Virus record (IMG/VR): IMGVR_UViG_3300049215_000771
Location: 248,001 to 312,000 of that record
Reading direction: 5' to 3' (one strand)
Length of the DNA: 64,000 bases
This document shows, piece by piece, positions 53,479-62,001 of this stretch (positions are counted from its first letter, which is position 1; each line of letters starts with the position of its first letter). Both the position numbers and the translations under genes were made by a program. Under the pieces are notes generated by a model. That model did no database searches and was not told the DNA's origin. It worked only from the letters and a program-made list of their open reading frames with translations.

Positions 53479-54087
53479 ATGAGTGTACCTTTGCCCGAAT
53501 ATGTCAAAGTAAAAGACAAGTATTGCATCGCTTATTTTGGTCATTGCGATGATTACCTGGTTCAGTTGAAACTACTGCGTCCCATCATGGAAAAATCCTT
53601 CCCAGGAATCCATGTGTATATAGCCTGCAAAACCTCAGCTATGGAACACATGGAGGGTGAAGATAACGTAGTCAACATTGCCAACCCCAAAGACTATGGC
53701 TACTTCCGGGAGTTGCGGTGCGATATGGCCTCTCATCCCGTAGAAGCATTCATGAAAGAATCCGGCCTCCCATGCGGACCAGTTCGCATTAAACCATTTG
53801 CCACCAATTCCAAGAAGCGAGGAGTCATTGTACAAAATGGAATGCTTCCAACTCGGTCCCTCAGCATGGAACAAATCATCGCCGCCCGGAAATTCTTGTT
53901 CACCAAAGGCTGCTACAACATAGAAATGGACGGAAACATCAACGAGGCAGATGTAGTTTTGGGAGTCGAGTCGGCCAAATTGTTCCAAGCAGGAGCCAAC
54001 GGCGCTCAAGTGTTTTTGGTGCCAACGGGGTTTGGTGAAAATATCTTCAAATGTATGTACCCCAAAGGAACCATCATCAAATTATAG
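53479..54087 (+). CDS. Degenerate GT-B (GT9-like) fold protein
   Basis: YCIAYFGHCDDYL..LRPIMEKSFPGIHVYIAC and ADVVLGVESAKLFQA parallel the intact GT9 at 54857. Confidence 0.4.
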   Translation: MSVPLPEYVKVKDKYCIAYFGHCDDYLVQLKLLRPIMEKSFPGIHVYIACKTSAMEHMEGEDNVVNIANPKDYGYFRELRCDMASHPVEAFMKESGLPCGPVRIKPFATNSKKRGVIVQNGMLPTRSLSMEQIIAARKFLFTKGCYNIEMDGNINEADVVLGVESAKLFQAGANGAQVFLVPTGFGENIFKCMYPKGTIIKL

Positions 54088-54142
54088 CAGGTGGTGCATA
54101 TCTACTCCTGAAGACCAAAGATCGGCACCATCAAGGAGCATA

Positions 54143-54784
54143 ATGAGCGTATTTCAAGTCACTTTGAACAACATCGCCCAGGGTTACATGGATTTGAACC
54201 CTGCAACGGCGACCATGTACCAGGCTGACCTTTACAGCAACCTGGGCGCTGAAATGCAGCCATCTATCCAGAGGACGATTTACGTTGCTGGTCCGAACAG
54301 GACTTACCGTAAGTTGTACGACGGCCAGACTTTCACGGACTGCAACTACTGGAAGCGTTTCGCTTACCCACAAGTTCCTCTCGACCAGGCTTTCATCACC
54401 GTCATCACTGACGATGGTTCTGTTTGGAGCGATGTGGAGTCTGAGAACACTTACCCGAAGGTTTACAACGTCGCAGTCGCCAACGGCTCGACCTACACCA
54501 CGGGTTACAATGGTTCTACTTCTTCGGGTAACACCGTCAACATCCTGGGCGACACGGGTGGTTACGCCATCTTCGTTCAGATTGCCAACCAGTCTTCCAC
54601 GGCTGTCAAGGTTCAGTTGAATGGCATGTCCACCGCCATCTTCGACCTGGGCGCTGGCGAGACTCAGGTGTTCAACTCTGGCGAACTGTCGGTAACGATG
54701 ATTCAGTTCGCAAACACGGTATCTGGTGGCTCGACCGCCAACATCCAGGTACTCGTTTCCGTCAAGAGCGTCTGCAACAGCTAA
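54143..54784 (+). CDS. Probable abundant virion structural protein
   Basis: AAGGAG RBS, codons biased to GGT/AAC/TCT, beta-rich composition, own terminator. Confidence 0.6.
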   Translation: MSVFQVTLNNIAQGYMDLNPATATMYQADLYSNLGAEMQPSIQRTIYVAGPNRTYRKLYDGQTFTDCNYWKRFAYPQVPLDQAFITVITDDGSVWSDVESENTYPKVYNVAVANGSTYTTGYNGSTSSGNTVNILGDTGGYAIFVQIANQSSTAVKVQLNGMSTAIFDLGAGETQVFNSGELSVTMIQFANTVSGGSTANIQVLVSVKSVCNS

Positions 54785-54807
54785 AACTAGCTGGGCCTAA
54801 ACAAGAG

Positions 54808-54830
54808 AGCCGGGAGCAATCCCGGCTTTT
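54808..54830 (+). terminator. Rho-independent terminator
   Basis: agccggga-GCAA-tcccggct followed by TTT. Confidence 0.8.
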
Positions 54831-54856
54831 CTCGTTTCTGCATACTCCTTCAAGGT

Positions 54857-55840
54857 ATGCCAAAACTAATCAAACCCAAGGCTTACGCCGCAGTCCCGCT
54901 GGGCCTTTCTGACTTTTACAAAAAGCGCAACAAAGTGCTGATCTGGCATGAGAAAGGAGGGCTGGGCGATGTTTTCATGCAACGAATGATGTTCGACGAC
55001 TTGAAAGAAATAGCTCCGAACTGCGACCTAATTTTCGCTTGCCTGCCGGAATACTTTGATGCGGCCAGGGACCATCCAGCCATTTCTGAAGTAATCGACT
55101 CACGCTCAGTGAATCCGAAAGATTACGTCGCCTGCTACAACACATGCGTTACCATCGCCGACCGCTGTGAGAATTTCTACGCCCCAAACTGCAACGAACA
55201 TAGGGCTGACATATGGGCCAAGGTGCTGGGAGTTGAGTTAAAAACCCACGAGATGAACTTCCGACTCAATCCGAGGTTGGTTGCGACAGGTAAAACAAAA
55301 ATGGAGACGTTCAGGAGGTCGGGGCAACCATTGGTGGCTTTGGCCCCTGTAAGCAAAATGTCAACCAAGTCGTTGCTGCCAGAACAATTGGAAGCAATTG
55401 TAGAAGCTACGAGGGATTGCAGTCTGGTTGGGATACATAACCAGGAGGTCAGAGAACTTACGGCGTTGGGAGTGCCGGGTTTGTACAAATCGACCATTCA
55501 GGAATGGATGAGTTACATCAATGCTGCTGATTACGTCATCTCAGTTGATACAGCGGCTTTCCACTTGGCAGGCGGGTTGAAAAAACCATTGATGGGAATT
55601 TTTACTTTCGCTGACGGGAAAGTGTACGGCAAGTATTTTGACTTCATCCTGGTGCAGAAACACCGGGACAACGGAGATTGGGACTGCGGCCCCTGTTTCA
55701 AGTTCATCGACTGTCCTAAATGCAAATCTCTACCGAAACCTTGTTTGACTGAAATTACAGGCGAGATGCTGAGGGGTGGTGTGGAGAAAATGTTCCAGCG
55801 ATGGCCTCGTTACAGAACAGCCTTGCCAATACTCGTTTAG
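54857..55840 (+). CDS. Glycosyltransferase family 9 (heptosyltransferase-like)
   Basis: GGLGDV, HPAISEVI, ADYVISVDTAAFHLAGGLKKPLMGIF; Cys-rich C-terminal loop. Confidence 0.85.
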   Translation: MPKLIKPKAYAAVPLGLSDFYKKRNKVLIWHEKGGLGDVFMQRMMFDDLKEIAPNCDLIFACLPEYFDAARDHPAISEVIDSRSVNPKDYVACYNTCVTIADRCENFYAPNCNEHRADIWAKVLGVELKTHEMNFRLNPRLVATGKTKMETFRRSGQPLVALAPVSKMSTKSLLPEQLEAIVEATRDCSLVGIHNQEVRELTALGVPGLYKSTIQEWMSYINAADYVISVDTAAFHLAGGLKKPLMGIFTFADGKVYGKYFDFILVQKHRDNGDWDCGPCFKFIDCPKCKSLPKPCLTEITGEMLRGGVEKMFQRWPRYRTALPILV

Positions 55841-55867
55841 TTTCTGGAGAAAATCACAAGAAATGGA

Positions 55868-55874
55868 GTACATA
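55868..55874 (+). promoter_or_regulatory. Putative late-promoter motif GTACATA
   Basis: 4 nt before ATG 55879. Confidence 0.4.
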
Positions 55875-55878
55875 GGGT

Positions 55879-56088
55879 ATGCCAGCGCTCATCAAACCAC
55901 ATGAAGTGAAAGTAACTACCAAAGATGGCGAGGTTCAGGTAGCGATTACATTGGACTTGAACATCAACTTGAATGCGGCTGGACTGCATGTTACGGCAAA
56001 AGTAGCCGGCGAACAGAAAGAAGAGACACAGTGGGAAATTCCCGACTTTGAACCTTCACCAAAAATCAACTTCGGAAAGAAGGAGTAA
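55879..56088 (+). CDS. Small hypothetical protein
   Basis: 69-aa ORF ending 2 nt before the actin-like gene; its end carries the AAGGAG RBS of that gene. Confidence 0.6.
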   Translation: MPALIKPHEVKVTTKDGEVQVAITLDLNINLNAAGLHVTAKVAGEQKEETQWEIPDFEPSPKINFGKKE

Positions 56089-56090
56089 CT

Positions 56091-57095
56091 ATGCCAATCG
56101 GATTTGACTGTGGAACGTACAACTTAGTCGCTTGCACCAGGGATGACAAAGGAAACTTCGTCCACAAGCGAGAAGTAAATGCTTTCCTCGAACTCCCGCT
56201 GGAGAATCGCTTTGTATTCAACATGATGAAGAATGCGGGCGTGCCCTTGATTGAAAGGGAGAAAGTCGGCTATGCCTTGGGCGAGGCGGCTGTCAACATG
56301 GCCTACACAATGAGCCAGTTGGAACTTAAAAGGCCCATGACGGCGGGATGCGTCAACCCGAAAGAAAGAGACGCTTTTCAGATTTTGTCCATCATGATTC
56401 ACAGCTTGCTGGACGATGTTAGGAAGGATGGAGAAGTGTTGTACTACTCCGTCCCAGCCAATGCCATCAATGAGGAGACAGATGCAGACTACCACGCCAA
56501 AATCCTTGAAGCCATCTTCAAAGCCTACAAATCCGACAAAGGGTACAAAGTTGACCCACGCCCGATCAATGAAGGTTTGGCCTTGGTGTATGCGGAACTC
56601 GGCAAGAAAGCATTCACTGGTATCGGCGTTTCCTTCGGCGCTGGTATGGTAAACCTATGCTATGCAATGTACGGCAATCCAGTTTTCCAGTTCTCGATTG
56701 TGAATTCTGGCGACTGGATCGACAAGCAAGCAGCGAAGGCAACCGGCGAATCGGTTTCCTTCATCAACAAGCAGAAGACAAAGATCGACCTGACCAAACA
56801 ACCGACAACCCTTGTGGATCGGGCTATATGCACACAATATAACCTGATGATTGAGAAAACAGTTCAGGAGATCAAGAAGGGACTCACCAATGCTTCAAAG
56901 GTCGTTCACTCGGACGCCCCTGTAGACATTGTTATCGCTGGTGGTACATCGTCGCCATATGGTTTTGCGTCGGTGTTCAAGGATACCATCAAAGTAGCCA
57001 ATCTGCCTATTCAGGTTGGCGAAGTCGTTAAGCCAACGGACCCGCTATACAGCGTGGCTCGTGGCTGTTTGATTGCTGCGGAAGCAGCGAAGTAA
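56091..57095 (+). CDS. Actin-like ATPase (ParM/MreB/MamK superfamily)
   Basis: Phosphate 1 IGFDCGTYN, connect INEG, phosphate 2 GVSFGAGMVN, adenosine IAGGTS, connect 2 PLYSVARG. Confidence 0.85.
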   Translation: MPIGFDCGTYNLVACTRDDKGNFVHKREVNAFLELPLENRFVFNMMKNAGVPLIEREKVGYALGEAAVNMAYTMSQLELKRPMTAGCVNPKERDAFQILSIMIHSLLDDVRKDGEVLYYSVPANAINEETDADYHAKILEAIFKAYKSDKGYKVDPRPINEGLALVYAELGKKAFTGIGVSFGAGMVNLCYAMYGNPVFQFSIVNSGDWIDKQAAKATGESVSFINKQKTKIDLTKQPTTLVDRAICTQYNLMIEKTVQEIKKGLTNASKVVHSDAPVDIVIAGGTSSPYGFASVFKDTIKVANLPIQVGEVVKPTDPLYSVARGCLIAAEAAK

Positions 57096-57115
57096 CTTTT
57101 CAGAAAGGATGAGTA

Positions 57116-57979
57116 ATGAACGATACAACACAGAAAGTGGAAGACCGCTTCCACGCAACTCCCCCAAGCTACAAACGGATCGCCGACAATTGGCCGGCTG
57201 CCCCAAAAGCACCGACCACCCCATTGGCAATGGCCTACTGTCCCCAGGGAAATCAAGCCCTTGAAGCGACGAAGGCCGGCTACAAGTTCACCGAGGACAA
57301 GAACTACCATGTTCTTGAACGGAAAGACTACAAGATCAAGGTGGTCGATGACAGCGGAACCGAGCGCTGGGTGAAGGAAGATTACTTCACTCTAGCGAAT
57401 CAGGCTCTCATGCACGACAAGGACTGCGGCTTCACAACCAAGAAGCCCCAAGACACTTTGCTTTGGGGTGGACTGGAACTTGACCCAGGCGTACCCGACG
57501 TGCGCAAGGTGAAGTTGAATAAGCCGGAAGACGACCCACAGTTGGTCGAGAACAAGATCACCCTGGATCGGTTCTCTGACAACAACACCAAGGCGCTGGC
57601 AGGTGTGGATGGCAAAAGCTACCACGACTACCAACGCACACACGAGAAAACAAAGCTGGGACCAAACCAGGAATTCATTGACCTGAAGTCTCCAAAGACC
57701 ATGAACGACATCGACAAGCTGTGGGAGAAGATGGGAAACGTCTTCCCTGAGTACCGCAAGGTCAACTCGGACGGCTTGATGGATTACATCAAGAGCAAGT
57801 TCCCAAGTCGTGGCATTAGTTGGAAGTGCGGCGTATTGATGGTTGATGGCTGCGCTACCAACATCAATAAGGCAGATGTGAATGCGGTGTTCGACGGCTT
57901 GAAAAAACTGACAACACCAAAGATGGCCGATAAGCTGGTAGGCAAGGTCATCGTGAGCAAGTTGAAGAAACTATTCTAA
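57116..57979 (+). CDS. Hypothetical protein with possible SH3-like segment
   Basis: YHVL..IKVVDDSGTERWVKEDYF; directly after the actin gene. Confidence 0.6.
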   Translation: MNDTTQKVEDRFHATPPSYKRIADNWPAAPKAPTTPLAMAYCPQGNQALEATKAGYKFTEDKNYHVLERKDYKIKVVDDSGTERWVKEDYFTLANQALMHDKDCGFTTKKPQDTLLWGGLELDPGVPDVRKVKLNKPEDDPQLVENKITLDRFSDNNTKALAGVDGKSYHDYQRTHEKTKLGPNQEFIDLKSPKTMNDIDKLWEKMGNVFPEYRKVNSDGLMDYIKSKFPSRGISWKCGVLMVDGCATNINKADVNAVFDGLKKLTTPKMADKLVGKVIVSKLKKLF

Positions 57980-57994
57980 ACAGTAGCGGAGGGA

Positions 57995-58037
57995 CCACGC
58001 CTCAATTTGAGGCGTGGCACCCCTTTGAAAGAAAGGG
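57995..58037 (+). promoter_or_regulatory. 23-bp palindrome plus an SD-occluding hairpin
   Basis: ccacgcctcaa-t-ttgaggcgtgg (57995-58017); cccttt-gaaag-aaaggg (58021-58037) overlaps the RBS of ATG 58042. Confidence 0.6.
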
Positions 58038-58041
58038 AGAA

Positions 58042-58506
58042 ATGAAGAAGAATCAAAAATGCGTCAGCGACCTTGGTGCCGCTGCATACATCCTCATGCA
58101 CGAATACAAAGTCATAGGTCGCCGTGGAAAGGAAATTTTTTTCCTCGTCGATGATGACGAACACAACAACGAGAAGTTTGACGAGTTGACACTCGACTAC
58201 CTCTCCAGTGAGTTCCATCGCTTCGACTCGTGTATCATGTCGTTAAAAAAAATCGGCGAGTACCCATTCGACCAGAAAAAACACCGATTTGTAACAGACC
58301 TGGGAGCCGCCGCATACATCCTCATGCACGGTTACAGGGTTGTTGGGAAGAAAGGCAAAGCAATTTACTTCGAGGTTGTTGAAGAAGAAACTGCCGACAA
58401 GTTTGATGAAGTTGCGCTGGAATACCTGTCCAGCGATTTCCACAGATTCGATTCCTGCCTGATGTCTCTCAAAAAGATCGGTGAATATATCAGCGAGCAG
58501 AACTAA
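58042..58506 (+). CDS. Protein with two tandem DUF5659-like domains
   Basis: Two copies of DLGAAAYILMH..FDE..L.YLSS.FHRFDSC.MSLKKIGEY. Confidence 0.6.
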   Translation: MKKNQKCVSDLGAAAYILMHEYKVIGRRGKEIFFLVDDDEHNNEKFDELTLDYLSSEFHRFDSCIMSLKKIGEYPFDQKKHRFVTDLGAAAYILMHGYRVVGKKGKAIYFEVVEEETADKFDEVALEYLSSDFHRFDSCLMSLKKIGEYISEQN

Positions 58507-58517
58507 CCCATCTCTTC

Positions 58518-58524
58518 CTATATA
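58518..58524 (+). promoter_or_regulatory. Putative late-promoter motif CTATATA
   Basis: CTATATACC identical to the 2585 copy; 15 nt before ATG 58540. Confidence 0.5.
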
Positions 58525-58539
58525 CCGGCAGGTGAAACT

Positions 58540-60477
58540 ATGCGAACATTTGCTGAATTCAGGAAGAGAATGGTTGTTGAATCTGGAGATAGAGAACATC
58601 TTACTCCTGACGAGGAAACTGCGCCCGCAGCGGAAAAACCTGCTGCTCCAGTGGCAGAAAAACCAACAACTCCTGCCGCTCCAATGCCCGACCACCTTGC
58701 GGCTGACCTAGAGAGAACTGTTGACCAGTTTGTTAGCCAACTAAAACAACAGCTTGTCAACCCGACCACGCCACCAGATGCCCGCCGAGGCGTTTGGGAT
58801 CGGATGAAAAACTGGTGGTCCAATATGTGGCACGGTCGCTACAATCAAACCAACCCTTATTTCTGGCAGAACAAACTAGGCGATGACCTGGGCCGGCAAG
58901 CCTCCCCCATGCCGACAGAAAGCGTCCTGGCTCCCATGCCGCTCGAACACTACATGGTTCTGCATGAACAAGCCAACATGCTTGAATTGGCCCTACCTCC
59001 TGGGGCCGAGGGGCTTCAAGTTGTGCGAGTTGTTGACCAGTGGGCCGGGCAATTCAAGAACGCCCTCATGAATCTTGTTTCTCGACATCACGCCGCCCAT
59101 CCAGTGCCTTCTGCTCCTGCTCCTGCTGGTGGGGAAGTACATCACGAAGAAGAACCAGAATTCCATGATGAAGAAGGTTTTGAAGATGATGATGCTGCTC
59201 ACGAAGAAGAACCTGCTCACGAAGAAGAACCGGAAGCCGAGGAGCCAGGACATCCATCGCTCGACGATTTGGAAAAAGATAACCCTTCAGCCGACCCACT
59301 AGAAGCCAGCAGAAAGAAACTCCTGGATGAACTAGATGCAATGAAAGATAAAATGCCTCGTGCTACCTACGAAGCATTCAAACATCACATCACAGTTGGA
59401 TCAGAAGAACACCTGAACCGCATCAGCCTGTTGATGCAAAAAAGGCGTACTGCCCCAATGAAGAATCCAGAAGAAGTCGGCAAAGCAACAGCCCCGCCAG
59501 AACGGGTGCCGGCCTCCTCCACTGCGGCTGCGGCTACAAGCGAGGAAGATGATGTTGCGCCGCCAAAACCAGACAAGCGACAGTGGAAAGAACTTTCCGT
59601 ACATGAAAGGGAACAATGGGATCAGGCTGGTGGAGGGAGTGCTGGCGATGCTTCGTTTTATGCACGACACCACCACGATATTCGTACCCTGCCGTGGATA
59701 TTGCGTATTGGCGACCCACGCCTAACTGCAATAGAAAGCATCCCTGGGCGCAGTTTGTACAAAAGATTGGTCCGGCAGAAGCGAATTGAAACTCCTGCCC
59801 ACCCGATCAAAAACAGGATTCAACTCGAAAAAGCTGTCGAGGAAGCACAAAGGCTACATGGCGACGAACGATCTAACGTATCGTCGGACAGAAAGGAACG
59901 GCACAAGAGAAGAATGCTCAGAAACAACATCACGGCCAGACTTGAAGGACAGCCAGAAGATGAAGGAGGCGAAGAAGAAACTACTGGAGGCGGGGATGGA
60001 CGTACTGCGCCTTTGAATACAAGCCAGCCAAGCGAACCTGCGGCCAGTACCGCCAGCGGAAAACCACGTCCGCCACGCACGGCCCCGCTGAAAACAGGTG
60101 GGGCAGTGGAAGATATTGATCCCAAGGCTTTGACCGCCGATCTCGAAAGTTTGAAGGGCGAAATTGACGATGAAATCTACGCCAAACTACACAATTGGAT
60201 CGAGAGGGGCGAGCCAGAATATCTGAAAAGCGTTCAGGAGAAGCTAAAATTCCTCAAGGAACTGATTGCCAAGAAGAAAACTGAAAAACCACCAGAAGCC
60301 GAATCTGACGAGATGCCGGAAGAAGGTAGCGGTCACGGCCTCGACAAAATCGAGTCTACAGTTCGTGACCGCACGGCCTTTGTGGTTTCAAATTTCAGAA
60401 ACCTTGTCAACGAAACCAACAAGGATTGTAGCATCATAGGCGAGAAGAAACGGGTCCGGCGACAGAAGGTTTCCTGA
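58540..60477 (+). CDS. Probable head-internal/ejection protein
   Basis: MRTFAEFRKRMVVES leader, amphipathic WDRMKNWWSNMW, acidic low-complexity stretches. Confidence 0.6.
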   Translation: MRTFAEFRKRMVVESGDREHLTPDEETAPAAEKPAAPVAEKPTTPAAPMPDHLAADLERTVDQFVSQLKQQLVNPTTPPDARRGVWDRMKNWWSNMWHGRYNQTNPYFWQNKLGDDLGRQASPMPTESVLAPMPLEHYMVLHEQANMLELALPPGAEGLQVVRVVDQWAGQFKNALMNLVSRHHAAHPVPSAPAPAGGEVHHEEEPEFHDEEGFEDDDAAHEEEPAHEEEPEAEEPGHPSLDDLEKDNPSADPLEASRKKLLDELDAMKDKMPRATYEAFKHHITVGSEEHLNRISLLMQKRRTAPMKNPEEVGKATAPPERVPASSTAAAATSEEDDVAPPKPDKRQWKELSVHEREQWDQAGGGSAGDASFYARHHHDIRTLPWILRIGDPRLTAIESIPGRSLYKRLVRQKRIETPAHPIKNRIQLEKAVEEAQRLHGDERSNVSSDRKERHKRRMLRNNITARLEGQPEDEGGEEETTGGGDGRTAPLNTSQPSEPAASTASGKPRPPRTAPLKTGGAVEDIDPKALTADLESLKGEIDDEIYAKLHNWIERGEPEYLKSVQEKLKFLKELIAKKKTEKPPEAESDEMPEEGSGHGLDKIESTVRDRTAFVVSNFRNLVNETNKDCSIIGEKKRVRRQKVS

Positions 60478-60682
60478 CGACGTAAACAGTGTCTTCGGGA
60501 TGCTTGGCAAAGTTATTCCAGGTTTCGATGATTTCATGGAACGGTACACCATTGCGGTATCGTTCCGTGAAAAAATCTACAAACCGAGCCAACTTCCACG
60601 AACCAAACAAGCCTGTGCCCAGGTGTTGGCAGTGAATGATGTAAGTCCCATGTTCCGTTGTATATTCAGTGTCAATTCCCAT
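60434..60682 (-). CDS. Small hypothetical protein
   Basis: Start overlaps the glpX stop. Confidence 0.45.
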   Translation of the reverse strand: MGIDTEYTTEHGTYIIHCQHLGTGLFGSWKLARFVDFFTERYRNGVPFHEIIETWNNFAKHPEDTVYVVRKPSVAGPVSSRL

Positions 60683-61589
60683 GATTTGTTGTCAACCACC
60701 TAATCGTGCCACTTTCTGAGCGCATGAACACGGAATTCGTGATAGGTCCACGGCTATCAAACCGCACACCCTTCAACAAACTGCCGTTGGTGATCCCGGT
60801 AGCAGCGAAGGCACATTCACCTTTCACCAGGTCTTCAATCACCATCATACCGCCGTCCACTTTGCCATCTTTCCAGATAGCACCCATGAAGAAACCTCCG
60901 AGGCACTTCATGGCAGCCGCCGTAATGACGGCTTCAGGTGCGCCACCCACGCCGAACTGCATATCAATCTCCCCGTCAGGAAGACAAGTTGCAATCGCCG
61001 CCGAGATGTCACAGTCCTGAATCAACTTGATCCGAACCCCCAACTCCCTCATCTCGTCAATGTACTGCTGATGTCGTGGTCGATTCAAAATACACACCAG
61101 CAACCTGTGCAGCGGCTTGTTCAATGCCGTCGCTACTTGTTGGCACAAAATAGGGAGAGGAGTTGTAAGGTAGAGATTTGTTTTCTTTGCCACTTTGCCG
61201 CTGACAGCCAGCTTGAGCATGTAGTGTTCTTCGGTGTCGAACATTGTATCTTTGTTCGAGATGGCAATGACACTCATGGCTTCCGGGCCGGAATTCACAG
61301 TGGGAGTGGTGCCGTCAATCGGGTCAACAGCAATGTCGTATTCCTCCAAACAACGGTCATAGTGAGGAGCCGAAATCACATCTCCTTTGAACAAGCCATA
61401 GCTTTGGTCCTTCTTGCCTTCACCAATTTTGATGTGACCGCAGAAGTTTGTGATTCTTCCCAGGCGCTCCTGCATAGCAGTCGTAGCCGCCCTATCCGCC
61501 TCCAGTTTATTGCCACTCCCAACCCACGCCGACGCCGAGATTGCTGCGGCTTCCGTTACCCGAACCAAGTCGAAACTCATGTTCTTCAT
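60672..61589 (-). CDS. glpX: Class II fructose-1,6-bisphosphatase
   Basis: LVRVTEAAA, AD.AA..AM, IGEG, DIAVDPIDGT, YMLKL, RPRH, GVGGAPEAVI, FAATGIT. Confidence 0.9.
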   Translation of the reverse strand: MKNMSFDLVRVTEAAAISASAWVGSGNKLEADRAATTAMQERLGRITNFCGHIKIGEGKKDQSYGLFKGDVISAPHYDRCLEEYDIAVDPIDGTTPTVNSGPEAMSVIAISNKDTMFDTEEHYMLKLAVSGKVAKKTNLYLTTPLPILCQQVATALNKPLHRLLVCILNRPRHQQYIDEMRELGVRIKLIQDCDISAAIATCLPDGEIDMQFGVGGAPEAVITAAAMKCLGGFFMGAIWKDGKVDGGMMVIEDLVKGECAFAATGITNGSLLKGVRFDSRGPITNSVFMRSESGTIRWLTTNHGN

Positions 61590-61972
61590 TTTTTCTTCTC
61601 CATCTCCTTGGCTTGTCGTGCAAGGTCTGCCATGATGTCTATATCTGCGAATTGTGACTCGTCAACCTTCATCTCCATTGACGGTTGAATCCCCTTCTCC
61701 TTGATTTCCTTGATGAGTTCTGCGTCGGCTGGTTTTGATGGATCAAGCATTTGTTCTTCCGAGATACCAACAATATGGGAATACGGGAAGAAGTTCTTGC
61801 AACCAGTAACGGGATGAATCGTCACAACACCATCCAGATCAATTGACTCCACCAAACCAACGAAGTAATCGTTGAACTGTTGGTGAGTAAAATGCTTCGG
61901 CATGTCCGTGACAAAAATCGTGCAGACCCGCTTAACGAAGTATTCTAGGCTCTTGAGGGTTCCGTGTTTCAT
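61586..61972 (-). CDS. Hypothetical protein, possibly Sm/SH3-like beta barrel
   Basis: YFVGLVESIDLDGVVT..FFPYSHIVGI; ATGA coupling to glpX. Confidence 0.55.
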   Translation of the reverse strand: MKHGTLKSLEYFVKRVCTIFVTDMPKHFTHQQFNDYFVGLVESIDLDGVVTIHPVTGCKNFFPYSHIVGISEEQMLDPSKPADAELIKEIKEKGIQPSMEMKVDESQFADIDIMADLARQAKEMEKKK

Positions 61973-62001
61973 TTTTTAACTCCAATTTCATTTATACCTA
62001 C

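Noticed and set aside
53286-53480. Small minus-strand ORF MTDSQKG...
   Set aside because: Its ATG overlaps the divergent ATG at 53479 and its end overlaps the next gene by more than 55 nt; possible but unsupported.
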